Counted from the first letter of the stretch, positions 11,788 to 21,899 are shown. The stretch: 64,000 bases of DNA from Dehalococcoidia bacterium (GCA_963663235.2 CAXXNO010000004.1:320001-384000); one strand, 5' to 3'. The notes: generated by a model from the sequence alone, not told the origin. Numbers and translations are program-made.

Positions 11788-13022
11788 GCGAATTGGCGAC
11801 CGGGCCCCTGGAACCCGGACCGGCCGCCCTGGACGGGCGCCGAGTGGTGCTCGGTGTGAGCGGCTCCATTGCCGCCTACAAGGCGTTCGAGATCGCGCGA
11901 CTGCTGGAGGGGGCGGGCGCGACGGTCGACGTGGTGCTGACCGAGAACGCGGAGCGCTTCGCGCCCGCGCTGACGTTCCGCAGTCTGGTCCGTGGCTTGG
12001 TGGCCGCCGACATGTTCGCGGAGGATGTGCCGGCGGAGTTGCACGTGGAGCTGGGACGGCGCGCCGACGCGCTGGTGCTGGCCCCGGCCACCGCTACGAC
12101 CGTCGCCAAGCTGGCGCAAGGCATCGCCGATTCGCTGGTCACGCTGACGGCGCTGGCGACCACCGGGCCGGTGCTGGTGGCGCCGGCGATGGATGCCGTC
12201 ATGTACAACCACCCGGCGACGCAGGCCAACGTCGAGCGGCTGCGAGCCCGGGGAGTCCTGCTGGTGGGGCCGGAGACCGGCCGCCTGGCCAGCGGGCAGG
12301 TGGGGATCGGGCGGCTGGCGGACCCGGAAGCGATCGTCGGGGGCGCGCGGGCGCTCATCGGGCGGGAGCATGGCGATCTGCGCGGGCGGCACGTGGTGGT
12401 CTCGGCCGGAGGGAGCCGGGAAGCGCTCGACCCCGTGCGCTACCTCGGCAATCGCTCCAGCGGCAAGATGGGCTTCGCCCTGGCCGAAGCAGCGCGAGAC
12501 CGCGGCGCGGCCGTCTCGCTGATCAGCACGGAACCGGTGCCGGCGCGGCTGTTCGGGGTGACCGTCGATCGGGTGGAGAGCGCGCAGGAGATGCTGGGTG
12601 CGCTGGAGCGGCGCGTCCGCAGCGCCGACGTTCTGGTGATGGCCGCCGCTGTTGCAGACTTTCGGCCAGCCGAGGCCGCTGTCGAGAAGCGGAAAAAGCA
12701 AGGGGACGGCGCCGGCTGGTCGTTGGATCTCTGCGAGACGCCCGACCTGCTCGCGTCGCTGAGCGGCCGCTTCCTCAAGATCGGCTTCGCCGCGGAGACG
12801 AACGACCTGGTGGCGAACGCCCAGGCCAAGTTCAAGAAAAAGGGGCTGGACCTGATCGTGGCCAACGACGTCAGCGACCCCGAGTCCGGCTTCGGGGGCG
12901 ACACCAATCGGGTTGTCCTCATCGACGGAGGAGGCGAGCCGGAGGCGCTGCCGCTGCTGTCGAAGTACTGCGTCGCCGGGCGGGTGCTGGACCGCGTCGC
13001 GGCGCTGCTGGCCGGTCGCTAG
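11784..13022 (+). CDS. coaBC: Bifunctional phosphopantothenoylcysteine decarboxylase/synthetase
   Basis: GVSGSIAAYKA, APATAT, APAMDAVMY, DPVRYLGNRSSGKMG, AAAVADF, GFAAET, KKGLDLIVAND. Confidence 0.96.
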   Translation: MSELATGPLEPGPAALDGRRVVLGVSGSIAAYKAFEIARLLEGAGATVDVVLTENAERFAPALTFRSLVRGLVAADMFAEDVPAELHVELGRRADALVLAPATATTVAKLAQGIADSLVTLTALATTGPVLVAPAMDAVMYNHPATQANVERLRARGVLLVGPETGRLASGQVGIGRLADPEAIVGGARALIGREHGDLRGRHVVVSAGGSREALDPVRYLGNRSSGKMGFALAEAARDRGAAVSLISTEPVPARLFGVTVDRVESAQEMLGALERRVRSADVLVMAAAVADFRPAEAAVEKRKKQGDGAGWSLDLCETPDLLASLSGRFLKIGFAAETNDLVANAQAKFKKKGLDLIVANDVSDPESGFGGDTNRVVLIDGGGEPEALPLLSKYCVAGRVLDRVAALLAGR

Positions 13023-13348
13023 GCGAGCTCTTCCTTCAGCGGCCGCCGATCCGGCGGCAGGCTGAAGAAGTTACAGAAGCACGTGCCCTCAAAGTCCACC
13101 AACCCGTTCGCCACGGGCGGGCAGACGCAGATCGTCTCGTCCGTGTTCCCCGGCTGGCAGGGGCAGAAGAACTTGCCGAACTTGAGGCGCATGGTGACGA
13201 AGTCCTCGATGGTCTGGTCGCCGTTGGTGAGGATGTAGCCGCGCTCTTCACAGAAGCGTTGCGCCAGCTCTCGCATCTCGCGGCGGTAGGTCTCCCGCAG
13301 CGCCGCTTCCTCATCGGGCGGCAGGTCCGTGGTGCGCTCGGCGGTCAT
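13019..13348 (-). CDS. Ferredoxin-thioredoxin reductase catalytic-subunit-like protein
   Basis: Three CxC motifs (CPC, CVC, CFC) spaced as in FTR catalytic chains (CPC...CPC...CHC). Confidence 0.75.
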   Translation of the reverse strand: MTAERTTDLPPDEEAALRETYRREMRELAQRFCEERGYILTNGDQTIEDFVTMRLKFGKFFCPCQPGNTDETICVCPPVANGLVDFEGTCFCNFFSLPPDRRPLKEELA

Positions 13349-13368
13349 GGCATCCTTCCGCAGGGCGC

Positions 13369-14874
13369 CTAGCGGCCGGCCGTGGCCAGGGCGAACTCCA
13401 CCAGCGTGCGCACGGGCACGCCGGTGGCGCCCTTTACGAGGACGCCCTTGTCCTTGTCCGAGTCGTCGATGCCGGCGATGTCGAGGTGCGCCCAGGGCGT
13501 CTCGCCCGCGAACTTGGCCAGGAACTTGGCCGCGGTGATGGCGCCACCGAGACGCCCGCCGGTGTTCTTGACGTCGGCGATGTCGCTCTTAATCAGTTCG
13601 TCGTACTCCTCAAACATCGGCAACTGCCAGATGGGCTCCCCGGCGCGCTTGGCTGCGGCCTGTAATTCGGCGACCAGCGCGTCGTCGTTGGCCATGAGGC
13701 CGAAGGCGACGGTGCCCAAGGCCACGGCGCAGGCCCCGGTGAGCGTGGCGATGTCCACTAAGGGCGAGAGGTGCAGGTGGTTGGCGTAGCAGAGGGCATC
13801 GGCGAGGATCAGGCGCCCCTCGGCGTCGGTGTTGATCACCTCGATGGACGTGCCGTTCATGGCGGTGAGGATATCGCCTGGTTTAATGGCCGCGCCACCG
13901 GGCATGTTCTCTGTGGCGGGGACGATGGCGGTGACGTTGATCGGCGCCTGGAGACGGGCGAGCGCGACGGTGGCGCAGACGGCCGCGCCGCCGCCGCTCA
14001 TGTCCTGCTTCATGGCCCCCATGTTGTCGGCGGGCTTAATTGAGATGCCGCCGGTATCGAAGGTGATGCCCTTGCCGACAAAGCCCAGCCCCGGTTCCGC
14101 GCCGCCGCCGCGATGCCGCAGCACGATCAACTGCGGCGGCTGGTGCGACCCGCGGGCCACGCCCAGAAAGGCGCCCATGCCTAGGGCGCGCAGCGCTTCT
14201 TGATCCAAGATCTCGCAGTCCAGCCCCGTCTCCGCAGCCAGCGCCTGAGCGCGGCCGGCGAACTCCGTCGGCGTGAGGACGTTGCTGGGCTCGTTGGCGA
14301 GGTCGCGCGCTAGGTTGGCCGCCTCCGCCACGATGCGGCCGCGATCGCGGCCGCGGTCGAGCGCGGGCCCATCGCCGCCGAGCAGTACCAGGCGATCGAT
14401 CGCGTGGCGCGGTTCCGGCGGGGCGGACTGATAGCGCTCGAACCGGTAGAGCCCCAGCACGACGGCCTCGGTCGCAGCCTGGGCCAGCGCTTCCTCGCCG
14501 AAGGCCGTGAGGGAGGGGCTCTGGAGGTCGATTGCCAGACTGCCGTCCGACAACGCGCGCGCGCGGCGCGCGGCGTCCGCGGTCACGGCCCGGACCCGGT
14601 CGAGATCGACGGAGGCGGCATCACCGAGCCCCGCCAAGAGGACGCGCTGGGCGGCCAGCTTGCCGAGCGAGTGGACCACCACCACCTCACCCTTGCGGCC
14701 GGTGAGCTCGCCCTGCGCCGCCAAGGCGCGGAGCGCACCGTCGAGCGCAGCGTCGAGCGACTGCAGCGGGCCGCCGCCGACGGGGTCATCACGACGGTCG
14801 ACGAAGAGCAGCAGGTTCGTCGCGTCGATGACGGCGGGGTCCATGGTCGCGGTATCAATCGAGAGGTCCGGCAC
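13369..14874 (-). CDS. pepA: Leucyl aminopeptidase (M17)
   Basis: VGKGITFDTGG, MKQDMSG, NTDAEGRLILADAL, DIATLTGA, WAHLDIAG. Confidence 0.95.
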   Translation of the reverse strand: MPDLSIDTATMDPAVIDATNLLLFVDRRDDPVGGGPLQSLDAALDGALRALAAQGELTGRKGEVVVVHSLGKLAAQRVLLAGLGDAASVDLDRVRAVTADAARRARALSDGSLAIDLQSPSLTAFGEEALAQAATEAVVLGLYRFERYQSAPPEPRHAIDRLVLLGGDGPALDRGRDRGRIVAEAANLARDLANEPSNVLTPTEFAGRAQALAAETGLDCEILDQEALRALGMGAFLGVARGSHQPPQLIVLRHRGGGAEPGLGFVGKGITFDTGGISIKPADNMGAMKQDMSGGGAAVCATVALARLQAPINVTAIVPATENMPGGAAIKPGDILTAMNGTSIEVINTDAEGRLILADALCYANHLHLSPLVDIATLTGACAVALGTVAFGLMANDDALVAELQAAAKRAGEPIWQLPMFEEYDELIKSDIADVKNTGGRLGGAITAAKFLAKFAGETPWAHLDIAGIDDSDKDKGVLVKGATGVPVRTLVEFALATAGR

Positions 14875-14932
14875 GCGGCGATCGTAACACGCGCGCCTTG
14901 GACGCCTCGGGCGGCGGGGCTACGGTGTGGCC

Positions 14933-15736
14933 ATGATCGAAGCGGCGGTGCGGAGGGGACTGGGGATGGCGAAGGGCGGCGCGCCGCGCCTCTTCCTCGC
15001 CGAGTTGGGCATCGTCGCGCTGGGCGGCCTGGCGTACTTTCTCGTCCGCGGCGCCGTCAGCGATCGCGCGGTGGAAGCGGCCGAGCGCGCCGCCGGGATC
15101 ATCGATATCGAGCGGGCGTTGGGGATCTACTGGGAGCCCGCGATGCAGGGCTGGATCCTGCAGTCGCGTCCGCTGATCGAGCTGTTCAACGGCATCTACT
15201 TCTGGACGCACATGCCTGTCGTGGTGGTGGTGGCGGTGTGGCTGTTCTGGCGGCGTCGCGCGCTGTACCTGTTCACGCGGAACGCGTTTCTGTCATCGGC
15301 CATCCTGGCGCTGGCGATGTACTACGCGCTGCCCGTGGCGCCGCCGCGCCTCCTGCCGGACGCCGGCGTCGTCGATACCGTGGCGCGCTACAGTCAGGCG
15401 TCGTACCAGGCGCAGGAGCTGGAGCCGTTCGTGAACCCGTACGCCGCTCTCCCCAGCCTGCACTTCGGCTGGGCGCTTCTGCTGAGCGTGGCGCTGGTGC
15501 TCGGACGGCCGCGCGGTCGCTGGGGGGCGGCGGCCGTGGTGGCAGCCGTGGCGCTGCCGACGGCGCAGCTCTTCGCGGTGGTGCTGACGGGCAACCACTT
15601 CATCCTGGATGCGGTGGCGGGGGCAGCGGTGGCGGGCGTGGCGTTGGCGCTGGCGCTGGCGTGGCGGCGGTATGGGGAGGCGGCGCTTGGAGTCGCAGGG
15701 CGACCAGAAAGGGAGGCCCCATGGCAGTCACCTTGA
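14933..15736 (+). CDS. PAP2-superfamily membrane protein (Aur1/IPC-synthase-like)
   Basis: Multiple hydrophobic segments; PVAPPRLL, NPYAALPSLHFGWA and TGNHFILDA motifs. Confidence 0.85.
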   Translation: MIEAAVRRGLGMAKGGAPRLFLAELGIVALGGLAYFLVRGAVSDRAVEAAERAAGIIDIERALGIYWEPAMQGWILQSRPLIELFNGIYFWTHMPVVVVVAVWLFWRRRALYLFTRNAFLSSAILALAMYYALPVAPPRLLPDAGVVDTVARYSQASYQAQELEPFVNPYAALPSLHFGWALLLSVALVLGRPRGRWGAAAVVAAVALPTAQLFAVVLTGNHFILDAVAGAAVAGVALALALAWRRYGEAALGVAGRPEREAPWQSP

Positions 15737-15885
15737 GCGCGGCGAACAGCGTGCCCGGATGGGAGATCGCCGGGACGCTCGGGCTGGTGACGGGGAGCGC
15801 CGTTCGCGCCCGGCACGGGGCCCGCGCCCAGTGGGATGTTATTGTGCGTGCGGAAATCGCTATGTTAGGATGGCGGCAGCGATAG
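15721..15885 (+). pseudogene. Truncated YbjQ/UPF0145-family remnant
   Basis: MAVTLSAANSVPGWEIAGTLGLVTGSAVRARH resembles the YbjQ N-terminus (GGAGG RBS present), then loses similarity and runs into the rpsO promoter. Confidence 0.55.
15842..15871 (+). promoter_or_regulatory. Putative promoter of rpsO-pnp
   Basis: TTGTGC-N18-TAGGAT with an extended -10 TG. Confidence 0.55.
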
Positions 15886-15937
15886 ACCCGAGGCGCACCG
15901 GCCAGCCGGCCGCGAGGTGAGCGCCGACTGCGGGTCT
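15884..15937 (+). promoter_or_regulatory. Structured rpsO 5' leader (candidate S15 autoregulatory element)
   Basis: AGACCCG/CGGGTCT outer stem encloses GGCGC-ACC/GGT-GA-GCGCC and an inner GGCC/GGCC helix. Confidence 0.45.
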
Positions 15938-15973
15938 CGTACGCCCAGAGGGAACCGACCCTATGGCTTGTAA

Positions 15974-16240
15974 ATGCTGACGCGCGAGCAAAAAGACGCC
16001 ACCATCCGAGCGCATCGTGTGCACGAAACGGACACCGGGTCCCCGGAGGTCCAGGTTTCTATGCTGACCGAGCGGATCAAAGGCCTGACGGAGCACTTGC
16101 GGGAGCATCGGCACGATCACAGCACGCGCCGCGGCCTGCTGAAGCTCGTCGGGCGGCGCCGACGCCAGCTGGCGTACCTCAACAAGACGGACGTAGAGCG
16201 ATACCGCAACCTGATCAACAGCCTCGGCCTCCGCAAATAG
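15974..16240 (+). CDS. rpsO: 30S ribosomal protein S15
   Basis: [40 protein letters not shown]. Confidence 0.98.
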   Translation: MLTREQKDATIRAHRVHETDTGSPEVQVSMLTERIKGLTEHLREHRHDHSTRRGLLKLVGRRRRQLAYLNKTDVERYRNLINSLGLRK

Positions 16241-16461
16241 CGGAGGCCGTACGACTTAAAAGGTCGCGACGGCAAGGACCGTCGGTGGCGCGACGCGCCG
16301 GAGCCGCAGGGACATGGAGCGGCCTGAGCGCGGGCGCCGAGGCAGATCACTGTTGACGCCGGCCCTTCAAGGAGGTCGAAGGCGAGCCGGCGTCCCGTGG
16401 ATGCATGGGTCAACCGCACGTATCACAAGTCCGGCGCGATCGCCGGACGCAGAAGGGCACT

Positions 16462-19066
16462 ATGGAGAAGCATTACGAAATTGAGCTGGCCGGGCGGCCA
16501 CTGATCATCGAATCGGGCCGCCTTGCCCAGCAAGCAGGCGGGGCGGTGACGGTCCGCTACGGCGACACGATGGTGCTGGGGACCGCGACGGCCAGCAACC
16601 CGCGCCCCGGCATCGATTTTTTCCCGCTGACGGTGGAATTCGAGGAGCGGCTGTACGCCGCCGGCCGCATTCCGGGGTCGTTCTTTCGCCGGGAGGGCCG
16701 GCCGACCACGACGGGCGTGCTATCGGCTCGGCTGACGGACCGGCCGCTGCGTCCGCTCTTTCCCAAGGGCTACGCCGACGACACCCAGGTCATTCTCACG
16801 GTGCTGTCGGCCGATATGGAGACCCCGCCGGACACGCTGGGGACGATCGCCGCGAGCGCGGCCCTGACGATCTCCGACATCCCCTTCGAGGGGCCGGTGG
16901 GAGCGGTACGCATCGGCTACGTCAACGACGCGCTCGTGGTGCAACCGACCTTCGCGCAACTGGCGGAAAGTCAGCTCAACCTTGTGGTCTCGGGGACGAA
17001 AGACGCGATCATGATGGTGGAGGCCGACGCCGACGAGGTATCCGAGGAGATCCTCGTGGAGGCCTTGGCTCTCGGCCAAGAAGCGATCGCGTCGATTGTG
17101 GTGATGCAAGAGCAGTTGCACACCGATCTGGGGAAGCCCAAGCGGCCGTACACGCCCGAAAGCATCGACGCGGGGGCGCTGGCGCGAGTCGAAGGGGCGA
17201 TCGGCGACGATCTCGCCGCGGCGCTCTCGATGACCGGCGTCACCAAGGCGGAGCGCGAAGCGCGCCTGAGCGAGCTGCGGGCACGCGCGCTGGATCTGGC
17301 CGGCGACGACGGCGATGCGGGGCCGTTCGGGGCGGCGTTCTCCGATCTGGAGGGCCGGATCATCCGCGCCAACATCCTGGAGCGCGGCGTGCGGCCGGAC
17401 CAGCGCAGCCTCACCGAGATCCGACCGTTGAGCGGCGCGGTGGGCATGGTGCCGCGCACGCACGGCTCCGGGCTCTTCGAACGCGGCGAGACGCAGGTGC
17501 TCTCGCTGACGACGCTGGCGGGGACGGGGATGGCGCAGCGGCTGGACGATCTCACGCCCGCCGATTCAAAGCGCTTCATGCACCACTACAATTTTTCGCC
17601 GTTCTCGACCGGCGAAACGGGACGCGTCGGTTCGCCGAGCCGGCGCTCCATCGGGCACGGCATGCTAGGCGAGCGCGCCATGCAGACCGTGCTGCCCAGC
17701 TTCGATGAGTTTCCCTACACGATCCGTATCGTCTCGGAGGTGTTGTCTTCCAACGGCAGCACTTCCATGGCCAGCATCTGCGCCTCCATCCTCTCGATGA
17801 TGGACGCGGGCGTGCCGTTGCAGGCGCCGATGGCCGGGATCGCGATGGGCCTGATCAAGGGCGAGGGCGAGGACGAGTACGCCGTGCTCACCGACATCGC
17901 CGGCCTGGAGGATCACCTCGGCGACATGGACTTCAAAGTCGCGGGAACGCGCGAAGGCGTCAGCGCGCTGCAAATGGATATCAAGGTCAAGGGGATCACC
18001 ACGGCGGTCATGGGGCAGGCGTTGAGCCAGGCGCGCGACGCGCGGCTGCAAGTGCTGGACGCCATGAAGGAGATCATTGCGGAGCCGCGCACCGAGATGT
18101 CGCGCTACGCCCCGCGGATGCTGCGGGTGGAAGTGCCGCAGGAGAAGATCGGCGCCATCATCGGCCCGGGCGGCAAGACGATTCGCAGCCTGGAGGAGAA
18201 GACCGGCGCCTCGATCGACATCGAATCGGACGGCTCCGTCTTCGTCTCGGCGCCGGACGAGGCCGCAATGCGTGCGGCGGCCGACGCAATCCGCGCCATG
18301 ACCAAAGAGGTGGAGCCGGGCGAGATCTACACCGGCAAGGTCACCCGCCTGATGAACTTTGGCGCGTTTGTGGAGATCCTGCCGGGCAAAGACGCGCTGG
18401 TGCACATCTCCGAACTCGCCGATTACCGGGTGGCGTCCGTTGAAGACATCGTCAAGGTGGGCGACGAGATCATGGTGCAGGTCACCGAGATCGATAATCT
18501 GGGCCGGATCAATGCGTCGCGGCGGGCGGTTCTCGGCGCCAAAAGCGAGCGCCCGCGTGAGAGCGATCGCGAAGGCGCTGGTCCGAGCCGTCCCCCGCGG
18601 AGCGGCGGCGGGCCGAGCGGGCCGCGCGAAGGCGGGGCCGAGCGGGCCGCGCGACAGTGGTGGGCCGAGCGGGCCGCGCGACAGTGGTGGGCCAAGCGGG
18701 CCGCGCGACGGCGGTGGACCGAGCGGGGCGCGCGACGGCGATGGACCGAGCGGGGCGCGCGACGGCGATGGACCGAGCGGGGCGCGCGAGGGTGGCCGGG
18801 ACGGACCGAGCGGCCGCGAGGAACGCGAGCCGGAGGAGAGCTCCGGCGATGGCGGCGATGACGGTGACAAACGCCGCCGCCGGCGGCGGCGGCGCAAGCC
18901 CAGCGGCCCGCGTCCCGAACCGCAGCCCGATTCCACCGCCGCCCGGCGGCCGCTGGCCCAGACGATGGTGAGGCGCGCCGCGCCGCCCGGTGGGTCGGCA
19001 GCGTCCGATGAGCGCCCGGGGCCGCCGCCGCCGCCGCGGCCCGATTTCGGGGCGCCTCAGCGCTAA
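16462..19066 (+). CDS. pnp: Polyribonucleotide nucleotidyltransferase (frameshift near 18634 in C-terminal repeat tail)
   Basis: [40 protein letters not shown], then KH and S1 domains. The main frame stops at 18861; the GPSGPRD repeat tail continues in another frame to TAA at 19066, 11 bp before dapB. Confidence 0.95.
18610..18820 (+). repeat. Coding tandem repeat, 27-bp unit (about 7.5 copies) encoding GPSG(P/A)RD(S/G)(G/D)
   Basis: Units start at 18610 (25 bp), 18635, 18662, 18689, 18716, 18743, 18770 (33 bp) and 18803 (partial); consensus GG(G/A)CCGAGCGGG(C/G)CGCGCGAC... Confidence 0.9.
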
Positions 19067-19077
19067 AGGGCCGGCCG

Positions 19078-19872
19078 ATGCCGTTACGCGTGGCCGTCAG
19101 CGGGACCGGTCAGATGGGGACCCTCATCCTGCGGACGCTTGCCGCCGCGCCGGACTTGGAGATCGCCGGCGTCCTGGAGAAGTTCTCCCAGGGAGACACG
19201 CACGCCCTGCCCGACGGAGCCGGAACGGTGCCGCTGCGTCAGACGCCGGAGGGCGTTGGCGACTTCGGCGCGGACGTCGTGGTCGATTTCAGCAACGCCG
19301 CTTGGACGGAACAACTGCTGCCGCGAGCGATTGAGGCGGGCGTGCGGCCGGTGATCGGCACGTCGGGGCTGTCAGACGCGCTCATTGGGCAGGCGGAGAG
19401 CGCCTGCGCGGAGGCGAAGCTGGGCGGGGTGATCGCCGCCAACTTTGCGCTGGGAGCGGTGTTCTTGATCCACCTGGCGCGCATGGCCGCGCCCTTCTTC
19501 GACGCCGTGGAGGTGATCGAGCAACATCACGCGGGCAAAGTCGATGCGCCGTCGGGGACGGCCATCGCCACGGCGCGTGCGATGCGCGCCGCGCGCGACG
19601 GCGACTTCAGCCACAACGTGGCGGAGCGGAAGAGCCTGCCAGACGCGCGCGGCGCGGAGTTGGGTGGCGTCGGCATCCACTCGGTGCGGCTGCCCGGGCT
19701 GGTGGCGCATCAGGAAGTGATCTTCGGCGGCACGGGGGAAACGCTCAAGCTTCGCCACGACACGATGAGCCGCGAGTCCTTCATGCCTGGGGTGCTCCGC
19801 GCGGTCCGCGCGACGCCGGAACTCGACCATCTCGTCATTGGGCTGGAGCGCTTGCTGGGCCTGGGCGACTGA
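19078..19872 (+). CDS. dapB: 4-hydroxy-tetrahydrodipicolinate reductase
   Basis: VVVDFS, VIGTSG, AANFALG, EQHHAGKVDAPSGTA, IHSVRLPGLVAHQEVIFG. Confidence 0.96.
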   Translation: MPLRVAVSGTGQMGTLILRTLAAAPDLEIAGVLEKFSQGDTHALPDGAGTVPLRQTPEGVGDFGADVVVDFSNAAWTEQLLPRAIEAGVRPVIGTSGLSDALIGQAESACAEAKLGGVIAANFALGAVFLIHLARMAAPFFDAVEVIEQHHAGKVDAPSGTAIATARAMRAARDGDFSHNVAERKSLPDARGAELGGVGIHSVRLPGLVAHQEVIFGGTGETLKLRHDTMSRESFMPGVLRAVRATPELDHLVIGLERLLGLGD

Positions 19873-19955
19873 TCGACCACCGCGGCGCTTGTCGCGCCGC
19901 CATCCGCTGCCGCTACTATGGTGTTTCACGCGGAGGGTGAACGCGGAGAGTCAAC

Positions 19956-20972
19956 ATGAGCCGCGAATTGACCGTCGCGCTGGTGGGCGCAACCGGCATC
20001 GTGGGCGCCGAATTGCTGCGGATCATGGAGGAGCGGCGGCTACCGGTGCGCGAGTTGCGCCTGCTGGCGACCAAGCGTTCGGCGGGGCGCACCCTGCCGT
20101 TCCAAGGCAAAGCGCTCCGCGTGGCGGAAACGACGGCGGCCGCGTTCGACGGGGCCGATGTCGCCTTTGTCTCCGCGTCGACCGAGGCGTCGCGGCAGTG
20201 GTGTCCCATCGCTCGCGATCGGGGCGCCGTGGCGTTCGACGACTCATCGGCCTTCCGCCTGGAGCCGGAGGTGCCGCTGGTGGTGCCGGAGATCAACGCG
20301 GAGGAACTCCGCAGCCATCAGGGGATCATCGCCACGCCCAACTGCTCCACGGTGCCGCTGGCGCTGACCCTGGCGCCGTTGCTGCAAGAACGACGGGTGC
20401 TGCGCGTGATCGCGGCCACCTACCAGTCCGTGTCCGGAACCGGCCACGCGGCGATGACCGAGCTGCGCGAGCAAGCGGCGGCCACGCTCGCGGACGAGGC
20501 GATCACGCCCGTGATCTACCCCAAGCCGATCGCCTTCAACGCCATTCCCCAAGTGGACGTCTTCCTGGAGGACGGCTACACGAAAGAGGAGTGGAAGATG
20601 GCGGCGGAGAGCCGCAAGATCCTCCGACAACCAGACCTGGCCGTGAGCGCGACCTGCGTGCGCATCCCCACGCTGGTGTCGCACGCGGTCGCCGTGCACG
20701 TGGATCTGGATGCGCCGCTGAGCGCGGCGGACGCGCGCGCGCTGTGGCGTGATCAGCCCGGCCTGGCCGTGATGGATGACCCGCTCCACGCGGGCTACCC
20801 GACCCCGCGCGAGTGCGCCGGGCAGGACCCTGTGTTCGTCGGGCGGGTGCGCCAGGATCTCTCCCATCGCAACGGGCTGGTCTACTGGGTGGTGAGCGAC
20901 AACCTGCGCAAGGGCGCAGCGCTGAACATTGTGCAGATGGTGGAGTGGATGCTGGACGACGGCTGCCTGTAG
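19956..20972 (+). CDS. asd: Aspartate-semialdehyde dehydrogenase
   Basis: VGATGIVG, PLVVPEIN, PNCST, TYQSVSGTG, ATCVRIP, DNLRKGAALN. Confidence 0.96.
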   Translation: MSRELTVALVGATGIVGAELLRIMEERRLPVRELRLLATKRSAGRTLPFQGKALRVAETTAAAFDGADVAFVSASTEASRQWCPIARDRGAVAFDDSSAFRLEPEVPLVVPEINAEELRSHQGIIATPNCSTVPLALTLAPLLQERRVLRVIAATYQSVSGTGHAAMTELREQAAATLADEAITPVIYPKPIAFNAIPQVDVFLEDGYTKEEWKMAAESRKILRQPDLAVSATCVRIPTLVSHAVAVHVDLDAPLSAADARALWRDQPGLAVMDDPLHAGYPTPRECAGQDPVFVGRVRQDLSHRNGLVYWVVSDNLRKGAALNIVQMVEWMLDDGCL

Positions 20973-20999
20973 CGGCGGCCCAGCGATCGGAGGGAGACG

Positions 21000-21899
21000 A
21001 TGGCGGACCTCGGACGTCTCCTGACAGCGATGGTCACCCCGATGCGGGCGGACGGATCAGTGGACGTGGAGCAGGCGAAGCGGCTCGCGATCGCCCTCCT
21101 GGACAGTGGCAGCGACGGCGTGGTGGTGTGCGGCACCACGGGCGAGTCCCCCACTCTGGAGTTCGAAGAGGAGCGCACGCTGTTTCGTGAGCTGCTGCCC
21201 GTCGTCCGCGAGCGGGGCGGCGCGCTGGTGGCCGGGACGGGGTCGAATGCGACGCACACCGCGATCGACTCGTCGCAAAAGGCGGAAGCCCTGGGGGTGG
21301 ACGCGCTGCTGCAGGTGGTCCCGTACTACAACAAGCCGTCGCAGGAGGGGTTGTACCAGCACTTCCGCGCGGTCGCGGAATCCGTGCGGGTGCCGTGCAT
21401 CCTGTACAACGTGCCCAGCCGCGCCGCGGTCAACATGACGGCGGCCACGACTTTGCGGCTGGCGGAGATCCCCAACGTCGTCGGCGTGAAGGAGGCCGGC
21501 GGGGACCTGGACCAGATTGCGCGGATCATCGAAGGCGCGCCGGACGGGTTCCGGGTCTGGAGCGGCAACGACGGCGACACGCTTCCAATCCTGGCGCTGG
21601 GCGGTTACGGCGTGGTGAGCGTGGTCTCACACCTGGCAGGGCGCCAGGTACGAGCGATGATCGAGGCCGCGCTGCACGGCGATCGCCAAGAGGCGGCGCG
21701 GATCCACCGTCGGTTGGTTCCGCTGACCGAGGCGATGTTCCTGGTGGGGAATCCGGTGCCGGTGAAGTACGCGCTGAACCACGTCGGCTTCGACGTTGGA
21801 CCGACGCGGCCGCCGCTGGTGGAGCCGGACGAGGAGACGGCAGCGCGGATCCGGGCGGAAGTGGCCCGTGCCACAATCGATCTGCCGATCTCCGTCTAG
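21000..21899 (+). CDS. dapA: 4-hydroxy-tetrahydrodipicolinate synthase
   Basis: TAMVTP, GTTGESPTL, PYYNKPSQEG, LYNVPSR, VGVKEA, NPVPVKYAL. Confidence 0.96.
   Translation: MADLGRLLTAMVTPMRADGSVDVEQAKRLAIALLDSGSDGVVVCGTTGESPTLEFEEERTLFRELLPVVRERGGALVAGTGSNATHTAIDSSQKAEALGVDALLQVVPYYNKPSQEGLYQHFRAVAESVRVPCILYNVPSRAAVNMTAATTLRLAEIPNVVGVKEAGGDLDQIARIIEGAPDGFRVWSGNDGDTLPILALGGYGVVSVVSHLAGRQVRAMIEAALHGDRQEAARIHRRLVPLTEAMFLVGNPVPVKYALNHVGFDVGPTRPPLVEPDEETAARIRAEVARATIDLPISV

Noticed and set aside
18610-18820. 27-bp repeats as a CRISPR array
   Set aside because: Units are directly tandem with no unique spacers, are a multiple of 3, lie in a coding tail, and no cas genes are present.
19922-19937. TGTTTCACG as a parS site near oriC
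   Set aside because: Only one half matches; the right arm (CGGAGGG) is not the palindromic TGAAACA.
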